DNA of 64,000 bases. Source: Patescibacteria group bacterium. Lineage in GTDB: Bacteria > Patescibacteriota > UBA1384 > JBBRAU01. Below the pieces are notes generated by a model. That model was not told the DNA's origin, did no database searches, and saw only the letters and a list, made by a program, of their open reading frames with translations. Below, in pieces: positions 56,701 through 64,000 of this stretch. Both the position numbers and the translations under genes were made by a program. Numbering within the stretch: position 1 is the first letter of the stretch; the number at the start of each line of letters is the position of its first letter. The stretch is taken from contig JBBRAU010000001.1 in assembly GCA_038206475.1 (NCBI GenBank), positions 141,732-205,731 on the forward strand, in the 5' to 3' direction.

Positions 56701-58923
56701 AACTCCTCGACGGCCATCATTAATGGTGTTGATAACACTGGTACAGGTTCATATCAGCCCCTGTCGCTTGGCGGTTCTGAGTTGCGGTTCAACAACTCCG
56801 CCGTGGAAGTGGCCAGGCTTAATTCCAGTGGTAATCTGGGCGTTGGTGCTACGACCACTATTTCCGCTCGGCTGCACTCTCTTGCCACCACCGAGCAGCT
56901 GCGCTTGGGCTATGATGCCGCCAACTACGCCGCCTTTACCGTCTCCTCCGGCGGCAACCTGACGCTGGCACCAACTGGCGGCACGACGAACGCTGCGGGT
57001 GCCCTGGCCGTGACTACTTCAATTACCGCACCAACCCTCTACGGCGGTGCTGCCTCCGGCGGCAATCTCACCCTCTCCTCTACCAGCAACGCTACGAAGG
57101 GTAAATTACTGATGGGCGGCTCTGCCTTTGTGGAATCAGCTAACCAGCTTGGCCTTGGCACTACCGCCCCAGACGCAAAGCTATCTATCGCCATAGCTCA
57201 GGCAGGTACCCAGTACATTCAGGGCCAGTTTGCCGGAACCAATACCGCTTCCGATCTTGGTAAGTTCCGGGTAGGTGGGGGCGAGATTGGTACTGGCGGC
57301 GTTGACCGGGCCTACCTTGAGGTGCGCCAGACCTGGAACGGTGCTACTACTGATACTGAACTAGGCCTCTATTCCACCAAGGGCGGGATTGGCGGCGGCG
57401 AGCGGCTGACAGTGCTGGGGAGCGGAAACGTCGGTATCGGTAATACTAACCCTGCCGCCTTACTCAGCGTGGGTAGCGGCGACAAATTACAAGTAGGCGC
57501 AACCGGCAACCTCAAACTCACCAACGTCACCACCGGCTCCAACACCAGTTCCCCCACCATCAACTTGGAAGGCAACGGCTTCACCGCTGGCCCCACCAAC
57601 ACCACCGGCTCCTTCTCCATGCAGACCATCCCCAGCAGTGCCACGGCTGCCAAGCTGATGATCGCCGTTACTGGCTTTGCCACCCAGAACGTTGCCTCAC
57701 TGACTGAAGCCGGTGCCTGGATTACCAAAGGCGCCCAAACCGCTAGCGGTACGCCGGACGTAGCTGAGTTTATTGGCACCACGGCCGAAGTGACTGCCGG
57801 AGACGTGGTAGTAGCGGCCGCTGGCCAGAACGGCAACGAGAACTTTGTAGCCACCCGCAACAGTGTACGCGGCAACCCCAGCGTCATTGGCGCCATTGCC
57901 GACGGTACCTCCGGCGTGCAGATCAATTCGTACGGCCAGTACAACGACTTCACCAATGGCACGCTCAGCAATAAGGGCAAACCGATGACTATTGCCGGCC
58001 GTATTCCGGTCAAGGTGACAACCCGCGGCGGCAGCCAACCCATTCTCCGTGGCGACCTCCTTATGGCCTCCGACAAGCCCGGTTACGCCGAGAAGTATGA
58101 TCCCGCCTCCGGCCCTTTGGTCGGCATCATCGGCGTTGCTCTAGACGAATTGCCTGCGGGCGACGGTAAGGTTTTTGCCCAGATCCAAATCTCTCGTGTC
58201 AGCGCTTCTCAGGCGCTTCTCGGCACAGCGCAGGATCTCGGTATCACTACGCTTACTGTTTCCAGCTCAGCTCTGTTCAAAGGAGACTTGAACGTGATTG
58301 GCAATGTGACGATCGGCGGCAGTTTGACTATTGGTAGCTCAAGTACGTCTAAGCTGGTTTTTAGGGTGCTTGGTCAGTCGCAATTTGGCAGCGACACCGA
58401 CAACCTGGCGATTAGTGAAAAGGGCCAGCTAACCCGCCATGGCCAGGCCACCACTAACCAGACTTTAGAGAACCTAGGCAAAGTGAGTGCAGCCAGCCCA
58501 ACCAATGTTTTGCCGCTGACTACGCTAATAGGCGCGGCTACTATTTCGTCTAGCCTGAGCCAGCCTGATGTGCCGCGCAACGTAACCTTGACAGCCATCG
58601 GCCTACGCGGCCTGGTCACGGTCAAGGGCATCTTGGCCGACAGCACCGAGGCGAGTGAGCAATTTAATGTCGTGGCTGACGGAATGATGCTTGGTCAAAA
58701 AGCCTTCCTGTCCATTAATAACGTGTCGGTGCCGGGTGCTGGGCAAATAAGTCTGGGTACTGGCCAAAAGCTGGGTCTGTCTAATAGTTTGCACGGTCAA
58801 AATGGTGTCTACTTGACACAAAAAGACGCCGCCCGAGTTACAGCGCAAGTGGATAGCCAAAACAGCACCGTTGACCTGGGACCATTAAATGGTGAAGCCA
58901 TTAAAATTTGGTACCGCTACTAA
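50707..58923 (+). CDS. giant secreted repeat protein (2738 aa) with tail-fibre-like Gly/Thr/Ser/Ala-rich beta repeats
   Basis: Signal peptide MGKLLSRLWASVLLATIVVSVSGVATVPTAQA. Repeated modules NNYA(I/L)YSSAAAQS..AGN.R.GSTTAP.VALDVTGAG and NKYAFYG.G.A.S.F.GNVG(I/V)GT..P..KL.V. Large internal duplications: near-identical ~130-bp DNA at 51481-51610 and 54346-54478, and ~85-bp at 54041-54125 and 56021-56100. No C-terminal TM or LPXTG. Confidence 0.75.
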   Translation: MGKLLSRLWASVLLATIVVSVSGVATVPTAQAAAGILHQINFQGKVVKSDGTNVANGSYAFVFKLYDNSAAGTQLGNTETQSLTVTDGIFRTTFSDTAATGLLENVNFNSDSLYLGVNFNGDGEMTPRVRFTSVPYAFNAEKVNGLAVTNNAGNPLAAGSALKLPDGKIVEFSGSNNLTLTTTGNTVATLPSGTITLADLSSTQVFSGAKTFSDLTVSDTNIALSGASTIFTGTGAITVTPGGGGALSLNSAGTGNTAIGNGTGTFQLDSNTLDISTAGALSGVTGIASSGAYTQTGVSANTFSGATTFSAAGTAVSVTNDVGIGGVLQVGSTTPTTYSRLGTNTTGHSLGAASDLLVSGNIEVDGSAFFDGTVSYGGGANFTLTTSANNITTVAVSTTQTATGALTASTGLSSLWQSSAVVAGVGVSQTAYGNYTTATKTGADTATGTYSLYGDYASVSNTGSTNAGTKNTYGAAYSATGDTAGASTATGLTVTASGADTNRGLEITGPTSAANNYALYSSAAAQSVMAGNLRIGSTTAPNVALDVTGAGTFSSTLTASNGLTVSAGGATVGGSSTVTGTLGISSYLQVGSVTGTTYSRLGTGATNHSLAGADSLFVTGNLEVDGSTYYDGGVTYGSGTTYDSTVTFNSDVDYALAGTENVTINNSSYSTPSAGLLDIAATSSTDDVRVLQAALTYSATGAATGYTSRSSFASSAVVAGAGVSQTGYANYNTATKTGADTATGTYTLYGSYNTASNTGSSAGTKVTIGGAFTAVGDTGGTSTAKGLTVTASGADTNYGIEITGPTSATNNYAIYSSAAAQSAIAGNVRVGSTTAPTVALDVTGAGLISSTLGVSSTLTASNGFIQTTGALSLTASSGSSAITQSVFAITSTVTSGNGFSVASSTVDSGNVVSLNSTSTAAASNSQTVLNVATSGANGASTQTTYGAKIANTHTGTSSTNVGGYFSASGGTNNYAAIFDQGNVGVGNPTPSQALSVTGRVAIAPSGTVSDEQYNGNLVITKPVSSGQYVNLIRAGTYGWSLGYAYNTSTFAIGTIQGIDSNFTAPALQLGANGNLTITGSVTGTQLVSNIATGTAPLLITSTTVVPNLNVSQLLGSTWAAPGAIGSTTPNTGAFTTLTTTGTINSQAISATAALTGTLSVASTLTASSGLTQTTGALNLTATSGALAISGLTSAALATAALTLNTTGTGTTQIGNGTGTFQLDSNTLDISTAGALSGVTGIASSGAYTQTGVSANTLTGATSLTAAGTALAVTNNATIGGTLTVGAVSSASGAGIFDSLSVGGGYGSTGVSISNTGNIQANGTLTVDSTIGIGGAPASSAGLLTTGAITATTSQYGVEAANTFSSAATTGASFYALPQTAAAAYTVTSLYNYLASNASLGVGSAVTNQYGFYSPDLTSGSNNYGFYANISSGTNKYAFYGGGNAPSYFGGNVGIGTASPSNKLTTVDTAGGVLWPGIRIKNAANSVNTGAAIEFSVLNGSNAETVMGQIGAAVNSGTAGSEFGYLTFRASVGGTPTEVLRVWPGAASTTQTSITQSTGSSGLNVIIPSYVANSYTPGLFWSTADNNPSKPKAGIYTQLTATGTYLLLGTSNSYATGITSNVIIDPTGNVTGGTYNGQTISSAASFTGTVGVANSVTAPTVNVGTAGASTGVLNLSGATSGTISIKGQAAAGSYNFNLPTTVGSSGFVLTSAGGGVTAMTWTDPAGLTAGTATSVLFSGVQAATNTGQALLVGNGSSLGVTGTGTINATTLLGSTWAIPGAIGSTTPNTGAFTTVASTGIASSGSYTQTGSGANTFTGASSFTAAGTALTVNNSAQISGVVGVGGATYSSTGLIIRNTNLATADQYGAYISPTFNSSATHGAGGVVSSPSTSAAAFTIPILYDYYAGIVSIGAGSSVTTQYGYFAEDLTGATNSYGYFSNMSSGANKYAFYGAGTAASVFLGNVGVGTSGPLAKLHVSSGDSAVISLVSGVSKGIRFGANSSTAIINGVDNTGTGSYQPLSLGGSELRFNNSAVEVARLNSSGNLGVGATTTISARLHSLATTEQLRLGYDAANYAAFTVSSGGNLTLAPTGGTTNAAGALAVTTSITAPTLYGGAASGGNLTLSSTSNATKGKLLMGGSAFVESANQLGLGTTAPDAKLSIAIAQAGTQYIQGQFAGTNTASDLGKFRVGGGEIGTGGVDRAYLEVRQTWNGATTDTELGLYSTKGGIGGGERLTVLGSGNVGIGNTNPAALLSVGSGDKLQVGATGNLKLTNVTTGSNTSSPTINLEGNGFTAGPTNTTGSFSMQTIPSSATAAKLMIAVTGFATQNVASLTEAGAWITKGAQTASGTPDVAEFIGTTAEVTAGDVVVAAAGQNGNENFVATRNSVRGNPSVIGAIADGTSGVQINSYGQYNDFTNGTLSNKGKPMTIAGRIPVKVTTRGGSQPILRGDLLMASDKPGYAEKYDPASGPLVGIIGVALDELPAGDGKVFAQIQISRVSASQALLGTAQDLGITTLTVSSSALFKGDLNVIGNVTIGGSLTIGSSSTSKLVFRVLGQSQFGSDTDNLAISEKGQLTRHGQATTNQTLENLGKVSAASPTNVLPLTTLIGAATISSSLSQPDVPRNVTLTAIGLRGLVTVKGILADSTEASEQFNVVADGMMLGQKAFLSINNVSVPGAGQISLGTGQKLGLSNSLHGQNGVYLTQKDAARVTAQVDSQNSTVDLGPLNGEAIKIWYRY

Positions 58924-59154
58924 CCATTATCTTTCGTAATCACATGTGGTGATGGGTAGGCATTGCTTCGCTTCGCTCAAGCGATGGGTCGAGTTTATAC
59001 CAATGCACGGAGTGGCCCCACCCCATGTCATTGCGCGCAGCAAAGCGACGAAGTAATCTCACCATTGACGTTCTGGGCCTTACAAACTCCCAGCCGCTTG
59101 CCTATCAGCCAATACATAGACAGACTAAACGCGCATAATACAAAAAGGAGACAC

Positions 59155-59697
59155 GTGTTCAAGCAGCAAAAGCTCGGTTTTACCTTAATTGAGCTGTTAG
59201 TGGTGATTGGCATTATCGCCATCCTGACCGCTCTTTTGGTGCCGACCATTACCAACGCCCGCAAGCGCTCGACGGTCAGCAAAGTGGTTGATGTGTTGGA
59301 GCGCGAGTGCCAGGCCGCCAAAAATTATATGGTCGGTGGTGGCACAGCCAACAGCTATGCTTCAACGCTGGTAGATCGTAGCGGTTTACCTGGCCCGAAC
59401 GCAGTAGCTGGTGCAACCAACTACTGGGCGCTTGGCAGTGTCACTTCGGCGAATTACGGCGGCAGTTTTTCGGCATTGCCCGCCCCCGGCGCCACAACTC
59501 CGCTGGCAATTGGGCTTTCATGGCAACGGGACAGCGCTACCATTGGTACTGGCTACAACGATATAGCGATCGGTCGAACTCGCCTTGGGAAATATGGTGC
59601 AGGGTTGTACTGTGTGACCGATGCCGATGCCTCAGCACCCATTCGATACTATGCCGTTGACAGCACCACTACTGCCACCCTCCTCTATTCCGGCTGA
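59155..59697 (+). CDS. type IV pilin-like protein, paralog 4
   Basis: AAAAGGAG 4 nt before GTG 59155 gives MFKQQKLG then [30 protein letters not shown]. The ORF track extends upstream to 58963. Confidence 0.85.
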   Translation: MFKQQKLGFTLIELLVVIGIIAILTALLVPTITNARKRSTVSKVVDVLERECQAAKNYMVGGGTANSYASTLVDRSGLPGPNAVAGATNYWALGSVTSANYGGSFSALPAPGATTPLAIGLSWQRDSATIGTGYNDIAIGRTRLGKYGAGLYCVTDADASAPIRYYAVDSTTTATLLYSG

Positions 59698-59789
59698 CGT
59701 CTACAGATACTCTACATTGTGGCTGGTCAACTCCTCATGCTGCTGCTCCGCCAAGCGTTTGACTTGCTGTCGCCACAGTTTGTGCTAAA

Positions 59790-60080
59790 ATGTGCTATAA
59801 TAATGGCATGATCCGTAATTATCTGTGGTTCAAACCACGCCCGCTGGCTGATTTGGCCGATGTTGAGAGCATTCACCATGTTCTCCGCTATGGCAGTTTA
59901 GAGGAGGTGGCCGAGTTGCGCACCCAGCTGGGTCTCGCACGACTAAGGCAGGTTTTTTTGAGCGCACCGCAGAAGATTTACACCCCGGCGGCGCTGCACT
60001 TTATCAGCCAGTACGTGCTAAAAATTGACACGCCAGTAAACGACCGTGCCTACCTCACCACTGCGCCTCGACATTCTTGA
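59790..60080 (+). CDS. small protein upstream of, and overlapping, the AbiEii-like gene (putative cognate antitoxin/AbiEi-like fragment)
   Basis: 96 aa. Overlaps the next gene by 35 nt, which suggests translational coupling. The antitoxin call is by position only. Confidence 0.35.
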   Translation: MCYNNGMIRNYLWFKPRPLADLADVESIHHVLRYGSLEEVAELRTQLGLARLRQVFLSAPQKIYTPAALHFISQYVLKIDTPVNDRAYLTTAPRHS

Positions 60081-60711
60081 CCAGGCGCGACAGGAGTTGC
60101 TCTGGCGCCTGTTGCCGGGATTGCCGGCCAGCGCTGTTTTAGCCGACGGCACCGCGATTGCGTTGCAGCTCGGACACCGGCTGTCGTATGATTTTGATTT
60201 TTTTCTGCTCGAAACGCTGCCAACTACACTTAGTCGTCAGCTTGCTCAGGTGGTTACTATTAGCCTGATCGAGCGCGATACACCCGATGAGCTAACCTTT
60301 TTTAGTGCCAATCAGGTGAAATGCAGTGTGGTTGCCTACCCGTTCACCATGCCGGAGCCGCCGTTTCTTGCCGATCACGGCTTGCGCCTGTATTCGTTAT
60401 TTGATTTGACGATCCAAAAGGCGTACACTATTGGCCGGCGGCCAGCCTATCGTGATTACTACGATCTTTATTGCCTCTTCCATAGCCAGGTGATCACGCT
60501 GCCGGCGGTTATAGCGGCCGGTCAAAAGTGTTATGGCAGCCTCTTTAATCCGAAACTCTTCCTGGAGCAACTTACCTACTTCGATGACTTGCCGGAGCGG
60601 AGTATCACCCCGGCACCGGGTGCGCTCGCGGCAGCAGAGAACGATCTCAGGCACTATTTTGAACAGCTGGTTGGTGCCTACATTGACACCGCAATGCCCC
60701 GCGCCGAGTAG
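60046..60711 (+). CDS. nucleotidyltransferase AbiEii/AbiGii-family toxin (DUF1814-like)
   Basis: LADGTAIALQLGHRLSYDFDFF matches the GGTAL.L..G.R.S.DLDF nucleotidyltransferase motif of AbiEii. Confidence 0.55.
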   Translation: MPTSPLRLDILDQARQELLWRLLPGLPASAVLADGTAIALQLGHRLSYDFDFFLLETLPTTLSRQLAQVVTISLIERDTPDELTFFSANQVKCSVVAYPFTMPEPPFLADHGLRLYSLFDLTIQKAYTIGRRPAYRDYYDLYCLFHSQVITLPAVIAAGQKCYGSLFNPKLFLEQLTYFDDLPERSITPAPGALAAAENDLRHYFEQLVGAYIDTAMPRAE

Positions 60712-60716
60712 ATCAG

Positions 60717-61988
60717 CTAGAGATACTCTACATTGTGGCTGGTTAACTCTTCATGCTGCCGCTCGGCCAAGCGTTTGGCCTGTTCGCGCCGCAACTTCCG
60801 CATTTGACGTGACGATTCCGATTTTTTGACGGCAACATCGTAAAGTTTAATAAACTGAGCGGCAATTAATTTCCAGGAAAAGCGCTCTTCAGCGGTTCTA
60901 CGAGCATTTTCGGCCAGGTGAGCACGCAGCTCCTTGTCGTCCAAAATTTTATTAACGGCTTCGGCAATTTCTTTGGCCGATCGCGCCCGGACCAAAAAGC
61001 CATTCTGACCATTCTTAACAGCCAGCGGAATGCCGCCTTTTCTGCTGGCGACAACCGGGGTGGATGAAGCCATCGCTTCTAGGGCAACCAGGCCCAGCGG
61101 TTCGTCCCAGATAGACGGGAAAACAACCACGTCAGCGCGTCGGTAGAACATCAATAAGTCGTTGGCTTGCTCGTCGCCAAAGTAGCCCAAAAAGTGCACA
61201 TTAGTCAGGTCTAGTTTTTTCGTCAGACGCTCAAGGTTTTTGCGCTCTTCACCGTCACCAATAATATAAATGTCACCTTTAATTTTTGATGCAGCTTTGA
61301 GGAGATATTCTACACCCTTAATTTTCGTTAGTTTCCCAGAGAACATGACCACATTTTTACCACGAAGGTGGTACTTTTCTTCAATTGGTCGAATTGGGCC
61401 AGTTTTGGGGTAGGTTTTGAGGTCAATGCCGCCAGTGATGATTCGGGTTTTCCAGGCAAGCTTGCGGCCGAAAATGCGCAACATCCAACTCTTGGTATGG
61501 CCAGAAACCGGCACCACAAATTCTGCTCGCTGGAGGGCGTCGCGAGTGAGGGCGAGATAGCGGGTGTCAACCGCGGCGGCCATGACGCTCGTGCCATGCT
61601 CGGAGACGACGTAGTTAATACCATAGATGCCCTTAATGTACGAGGCGATCCAGGTAAACAAACTTGAGTGATGAATATGCAAAACGTCTGGTTTGAACTC
61701 TTCCACTGCGCTCACGACAGCGTTAAAGAAGGCGCTGTAGAGGTCTGAGATTTCGGCATCGGAGAGATCGGTGTAGCGTTTGGCATCAGGCCACTCAGGG
61801 TGCATGGTAAATGCGGCGTGCAAAGGCATTTTCACTGGATACATTGTGATGCCTGGCAGCGGTCGGTGCTCTGGAGCGATAATAGCCACCTCGTGACCAG
61901 CCTTCACCAAGTTCTCCGCTAATTTACGGGTATAAGTGCCGGAGCCGCTGCCCCAAAGCGGAAAACAGAGGGCATGAAGTACTTTCAT
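60717..61988 (-). CDS. glycosyltransferase family 4 (GT-B) with ~60-aa charged C-terminal extension
   Basis: GT4 pattern (N-terminal Rossmann, EPLGLVALEAMASSTPVVASRKGGIPL E-x7-E region). C-terminal RQMRKLRREQAKRLAERQHEEL. Confidence 0.8.
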   Translation of the reverse strand: MKVLHALCFPLWGSGSGTYTRKLAENLVKAGHEVAIIAPEHRPLPGITMYPVKMPLHAAFTMHPEWPDAKRYTDLSDAEISDLYSAFFNAVVSAVEEFKPDVLHIHHSSLFTWIASYIKGIYGINYVVSEHGTSVMAAAVDTRYLALTRDALQRAEFVVPVSGHTKSWMLRIFGRKLAWKTRIITGGIDLKTYPKTGPIRPIEEKYHLRGKNVVMFSGKLTKIKGVEYLLKAASKIKGDIYIIGDGEERKNLERLTKKLDLTNVHFLGYFGDEQANDLLMFYRRADVVVFPSIWDEPLGLVALEAMASSTPVVASRKGGIPLAVKNGQNGFLVRARSAKEIAEAVNKILDDKELRAHLAENARRTAEERFSWKLIAAQFIKLYDVAVKKSESSRQMRKLRREQAKRLAERQHEELTSHNVEYL

Positions 61989-62038
61989 TTTTATAATTAA
62001 ACCATAAATTAATCAAAATTGGAAGGTTCAGCAGGCGA

Positions 62039-62425
62039 TTATCTGGAAACGCTGTGAGTTTGTAGCCAGCCGGCAATCATTTTTTCATCTACCTCACTAT
62101 TTGCAGCTTGGAGTGCGAGTATAATTGCTTGGTCGGTGCCGAAGTCGACACGTTGCCCATTGCGCTCCAGAAAAATAGCGCAAGCGGCAATGGCAGTGCG
62201 TTTATTGCCGTCGAGAAAAGCGCGATTATTGACAAGTGAATGCAGTAACACGGCCGCTTTGTGCCAAACGGTCGGATAGGCTTCTTGGCCAGTAAACGCG
62301 GCTTGTGGTCGGGCTACCGCTGAGTCAACCAGACCAAAATCACGCACACCATCACCGCCACCTGTCTGACAAACAATTAAGGCGTGTAATCGGGCTACCT
62401 CCGCAGCGGTGAGGCAGTGCATCAC
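62039..62425 (-). CDS. doc: Doc/Fic-family toxin (death-on-curing)
   Basis: Fic motif HSLVNNRAFLDGNKRTA. 128 aa. Immediately downstream of the phd-like gene. Confidence 0.8.
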   Translation of the reverse strand: MMHCLTAAEVARLHALIVCQTGGGDGVRDFGLVDSAVARPQAAFTGQEAYPTVWHKAAVLLHSLVNNRAFLDGNKRTAIAACAIFLERNGQRVDFGTDQAIILALQAANSEVDEKMIAGWLQTHSVSR

Positions 62426-62652
62426 TACAAATCAGCAAGACGGCGTAGCTGGTCGCGGTAGCGATCAATAAAACGGCCAGCTTCCTGATCTATAGTGGTG
62501 CCAGCGTCGCTGGCCGCGATGCCGGGCGGATTGAGACGTGCAACCTCTTGGCCATGACGAAGAATACGGTAAGTCACCCGTTCTGTGCGTACTTCATCTA
62601 ACAGTTCGGCGAAGCGCTGACGCGTCTCAGCGGTTGAGATAGTTTTTTCCAT
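62425..62652 (-). CDS. phd: Phd/YefM-family antitoxin
   Basis: 75 aa: MEKTISTAETRQRFAELLDEVRTERVTYRILRHGQEVARLNP. Overlaps doc by 1 nt. Confidence 0.75.
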   Translation of the reverse strand: MEKTISTAETRQRFAELLDEVRTERVTYRILRHGQEVARLNPPGIAASDAGTTIDQEAGRFIDRYRDQLRRLADL

Positions 62653-62691
62653 AGTTTATTTGTACATATTGTACAAAATACTGTTAGGCGG

Positions 62692-63750
62692 TTAGCGAAT
62701 TACTTTGGCCGCTGCAGCCAGGTAGCTTTGGGTCATCACTTGGGCCGAGAAATGGTTCTCGATATAATCCCGGCAGGCCTGGCGGTCGATCTGATCAATT
62801 TTACCGATGGCTGTTGCCATCTGGCGTGGATTATGCACGATAAAGCCCACTTGGCCTGGCGCAATAACTTCTGGCACAGCGCCGTGGGGGTAAGCGATAA
62901 CGGGCGTGCCGCAAGCGAGGGCTTCAATCATAATCAAACCAAACGGCTCTGGCCATTTGGTTGGAAACAATACTGCGCGGGCGTGTTGGTAATAAGGCAG
63001 TTTTTGGTCGGCGTTAATTTCGCCCAAGTAGCGGACAAGATGTCCGTCAACGTGCGGTCCAATGAACTGATTGAAGTATTTTTGATCGCGCACTTTTCCG
63101 GCCATTACAAGTGGGAAACCGGCGCGCTTAGCGGCCAAGATAGCGTCCAGCGGATTCTTGTGCTCGCCGATGGTGCCAATCCAAAACAAGAAGTCTCGTT
63201 TTGGGCGCTCAATCATGGGGAAAGCGGCCAGCTCAACGCCGTTATAAACGGTAGCTATAAAATTAGTCAAATCCTTCCAGCGGCCGCGCTGGTTGTTGGA
63301 GATGCTAATCGCGAAGGCTCGCGAATTATCATTCAGAACAGTAATGTTCTCGGCTAAGATGGGCAGATGGAACACTGAGATAAGTGGCGTCCTGAGAATG
63401 TTTGTCAGCGGTGCGAATGCCACTTCACCCCGGGTGTGGTTGAAGATAACGTCAAATTCCTGATCATGTTTCAGTAAATAGTCGGCGACCAGGGCAAAAT
63501 AGGTCATCTCTAGGCGCAGTTTACGGCTGGACTCCTCGGCGGCCAGATTTTGGGGCAAATCATTTAAGGCTTTGGGAAATATTTGGACGTGTTGAATGCC
63601 GCGCAAATGCGCCTGGCCAGCGTGGAAAAGGGTGACTTGGTGACCAAGCCGAACTAGCTCTCGCGCTTTAACCGAGAGAACGTTTTCTGTGCCACCCTGA
63701 CCGCTTGGTGGAATATTGAGAAAAGGTGGCGCGATGAGAGCGATATGCAT
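62692..63750 (-). CDS. glycosyltransferase family 4
   Basis: MHIALIAPPF...GGTENV N-terminus and EPFGLIMIEALACGTPVIAYPHGAVPE GT4 motif. Confidence 0.8.
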   Translation of the reverse strand: MHIALIAPPFLNIPPSGQGGTENVLSVKARELVRLGHQVTLFHAGQAHLRGIQHVQIFPKALNDLPQNLAAEESSRKLRLEMTYFALVADYLLKHDQEFDVIFNHTRGEVAFAPLTNILRTPLISVFHLPILAENITVLNDNSRAFAISISNNQRGRWKDLTNFIATVYNGVELAAFPMIERPKRDFLFWIGTIGEHKNPLDAILAAKRAGFPLVMAGKVRDQKYFNQFIGPHVDGHLVRYLGEINADQKLPYYQHARAVLFPTKWPEPFGLIMIEALACGTPVIAYPHGAVPEVIAPGQVGFIVHNPRQMATAIGKIDQIDRQACRDYIENHFSAQVMTQSYLAAAAKVIR

Positions 63751-63850
63751 AGCTCCAGCCTAGCGCGAAAGCGCTAAAAATGCACTGCTCAGAAGCTGTG
63801 GCTATCCCTGAGAGTCAAAATATGAGAGCCTGAAGTAGCAGGAGGTTCCA

Positions 63851-64000
63851 ATGAAGATTGTTCAACTTTCAACGCTCTGGGAACGGACGCCCCCGACAAA
63901 GTATGGTGGCCTCGAGCTTGTGGTTTCGAATTTAACTGAAGAGCTTGTTGCCCGTGGTCATGAAGTGACCTTGTTTGCGACAGGCGACTCCAAGACAAAC
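63851..64000 (+). CDS. glycosyltransferase family 4, N-terminal fragment (runs off the window end)
   Basis: AGCAGGAGG precedes ATG 63851. Translation MKIVQLSTLWERTPPTKYGGLELVVSNLTEELVARGHEVTLFATGDSKTN is a typical GT4 start. Confidence 0.6.
   Translation, partial: MKIVQLSTLWERTPPTKYGGLELVVSNLTEELVARGHEVTLFATGDSKTN

Noticed and set aside
58924-59154. Pilin ORF extension from 58963 (64 extra aa including a Cys-rich N-terminus)
   Set aside because: The class III signal needs a short leader. GTG 59155 with AAAAGGAG 4 nt upstream gives the canonical MFKQQKLG-FTLIEL leader.

Overview
The window reads as a compact, gene-dense bacterial chromosome segment of about 55% GC. Its gene content (many type IV pilin paralogs, a short ComEC, WxL-like surface proteins, extended ribosomal proteins) is consistent with a small-genome Gram-positive-like or CPR/Saccharibacteria-like organism; no taxon can be proven from sequence alone. 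The first ~24 kb is housekeeping: a frameshifted mutY-like gene, bcp, ftsH, murJ, polA, holA, lepB, rpsT, nrnA, rpsO-pnp, a family-4 UDG, and RNase J. From about 24 kb onward the content becomes accessory. A tRNA-Ile with anticodon UAU sits next to about 1.4 kb of almost non-coding DNA. A large LTD/FN3 surface protein follows, then ftsB-like and pyrG. Upstream of pyrG, two divergent CAU tRNAs (initiator-like and elongator-like) lie inside a family of short structured repeats whose stems covary. Beyond that are a HicB-like protein and lepA. Four type IV pilin paralogs share an identical N-terminal cassette. Nearby are tRNA-Lys, an HNH endonuclease with no canonical start, three paralogous membrane-anchored proteins, the grpE-dnaK-dnaJ-like operon with a non-CIRCE palindrome, a short ComEC, yebC, ruvC and galT-like. 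A block of five same-strand genes (two WxL-like secreted proteins, two CscA-like membrane proteins, a 2738-aa secreted repeat protein) is followed by a pilin, AbiE-like and Phd/Doc toxin-antitoxin modules and GT4 glycosyltransferases. The strongest candidate for a previously undescribed system is the WxL/CscA-like block with its giant fibre-like protein, interleaved with the pilins and ComEC. Second is the tRNA-associated covarying hairpin repeats, together with the duplicated tRNA 3' ends. Product calls come from motifs I recognise in the supplied translations, and no database search was run. Start codons are often ambiguous because many genes lack a clear Shine-Dalgarno.
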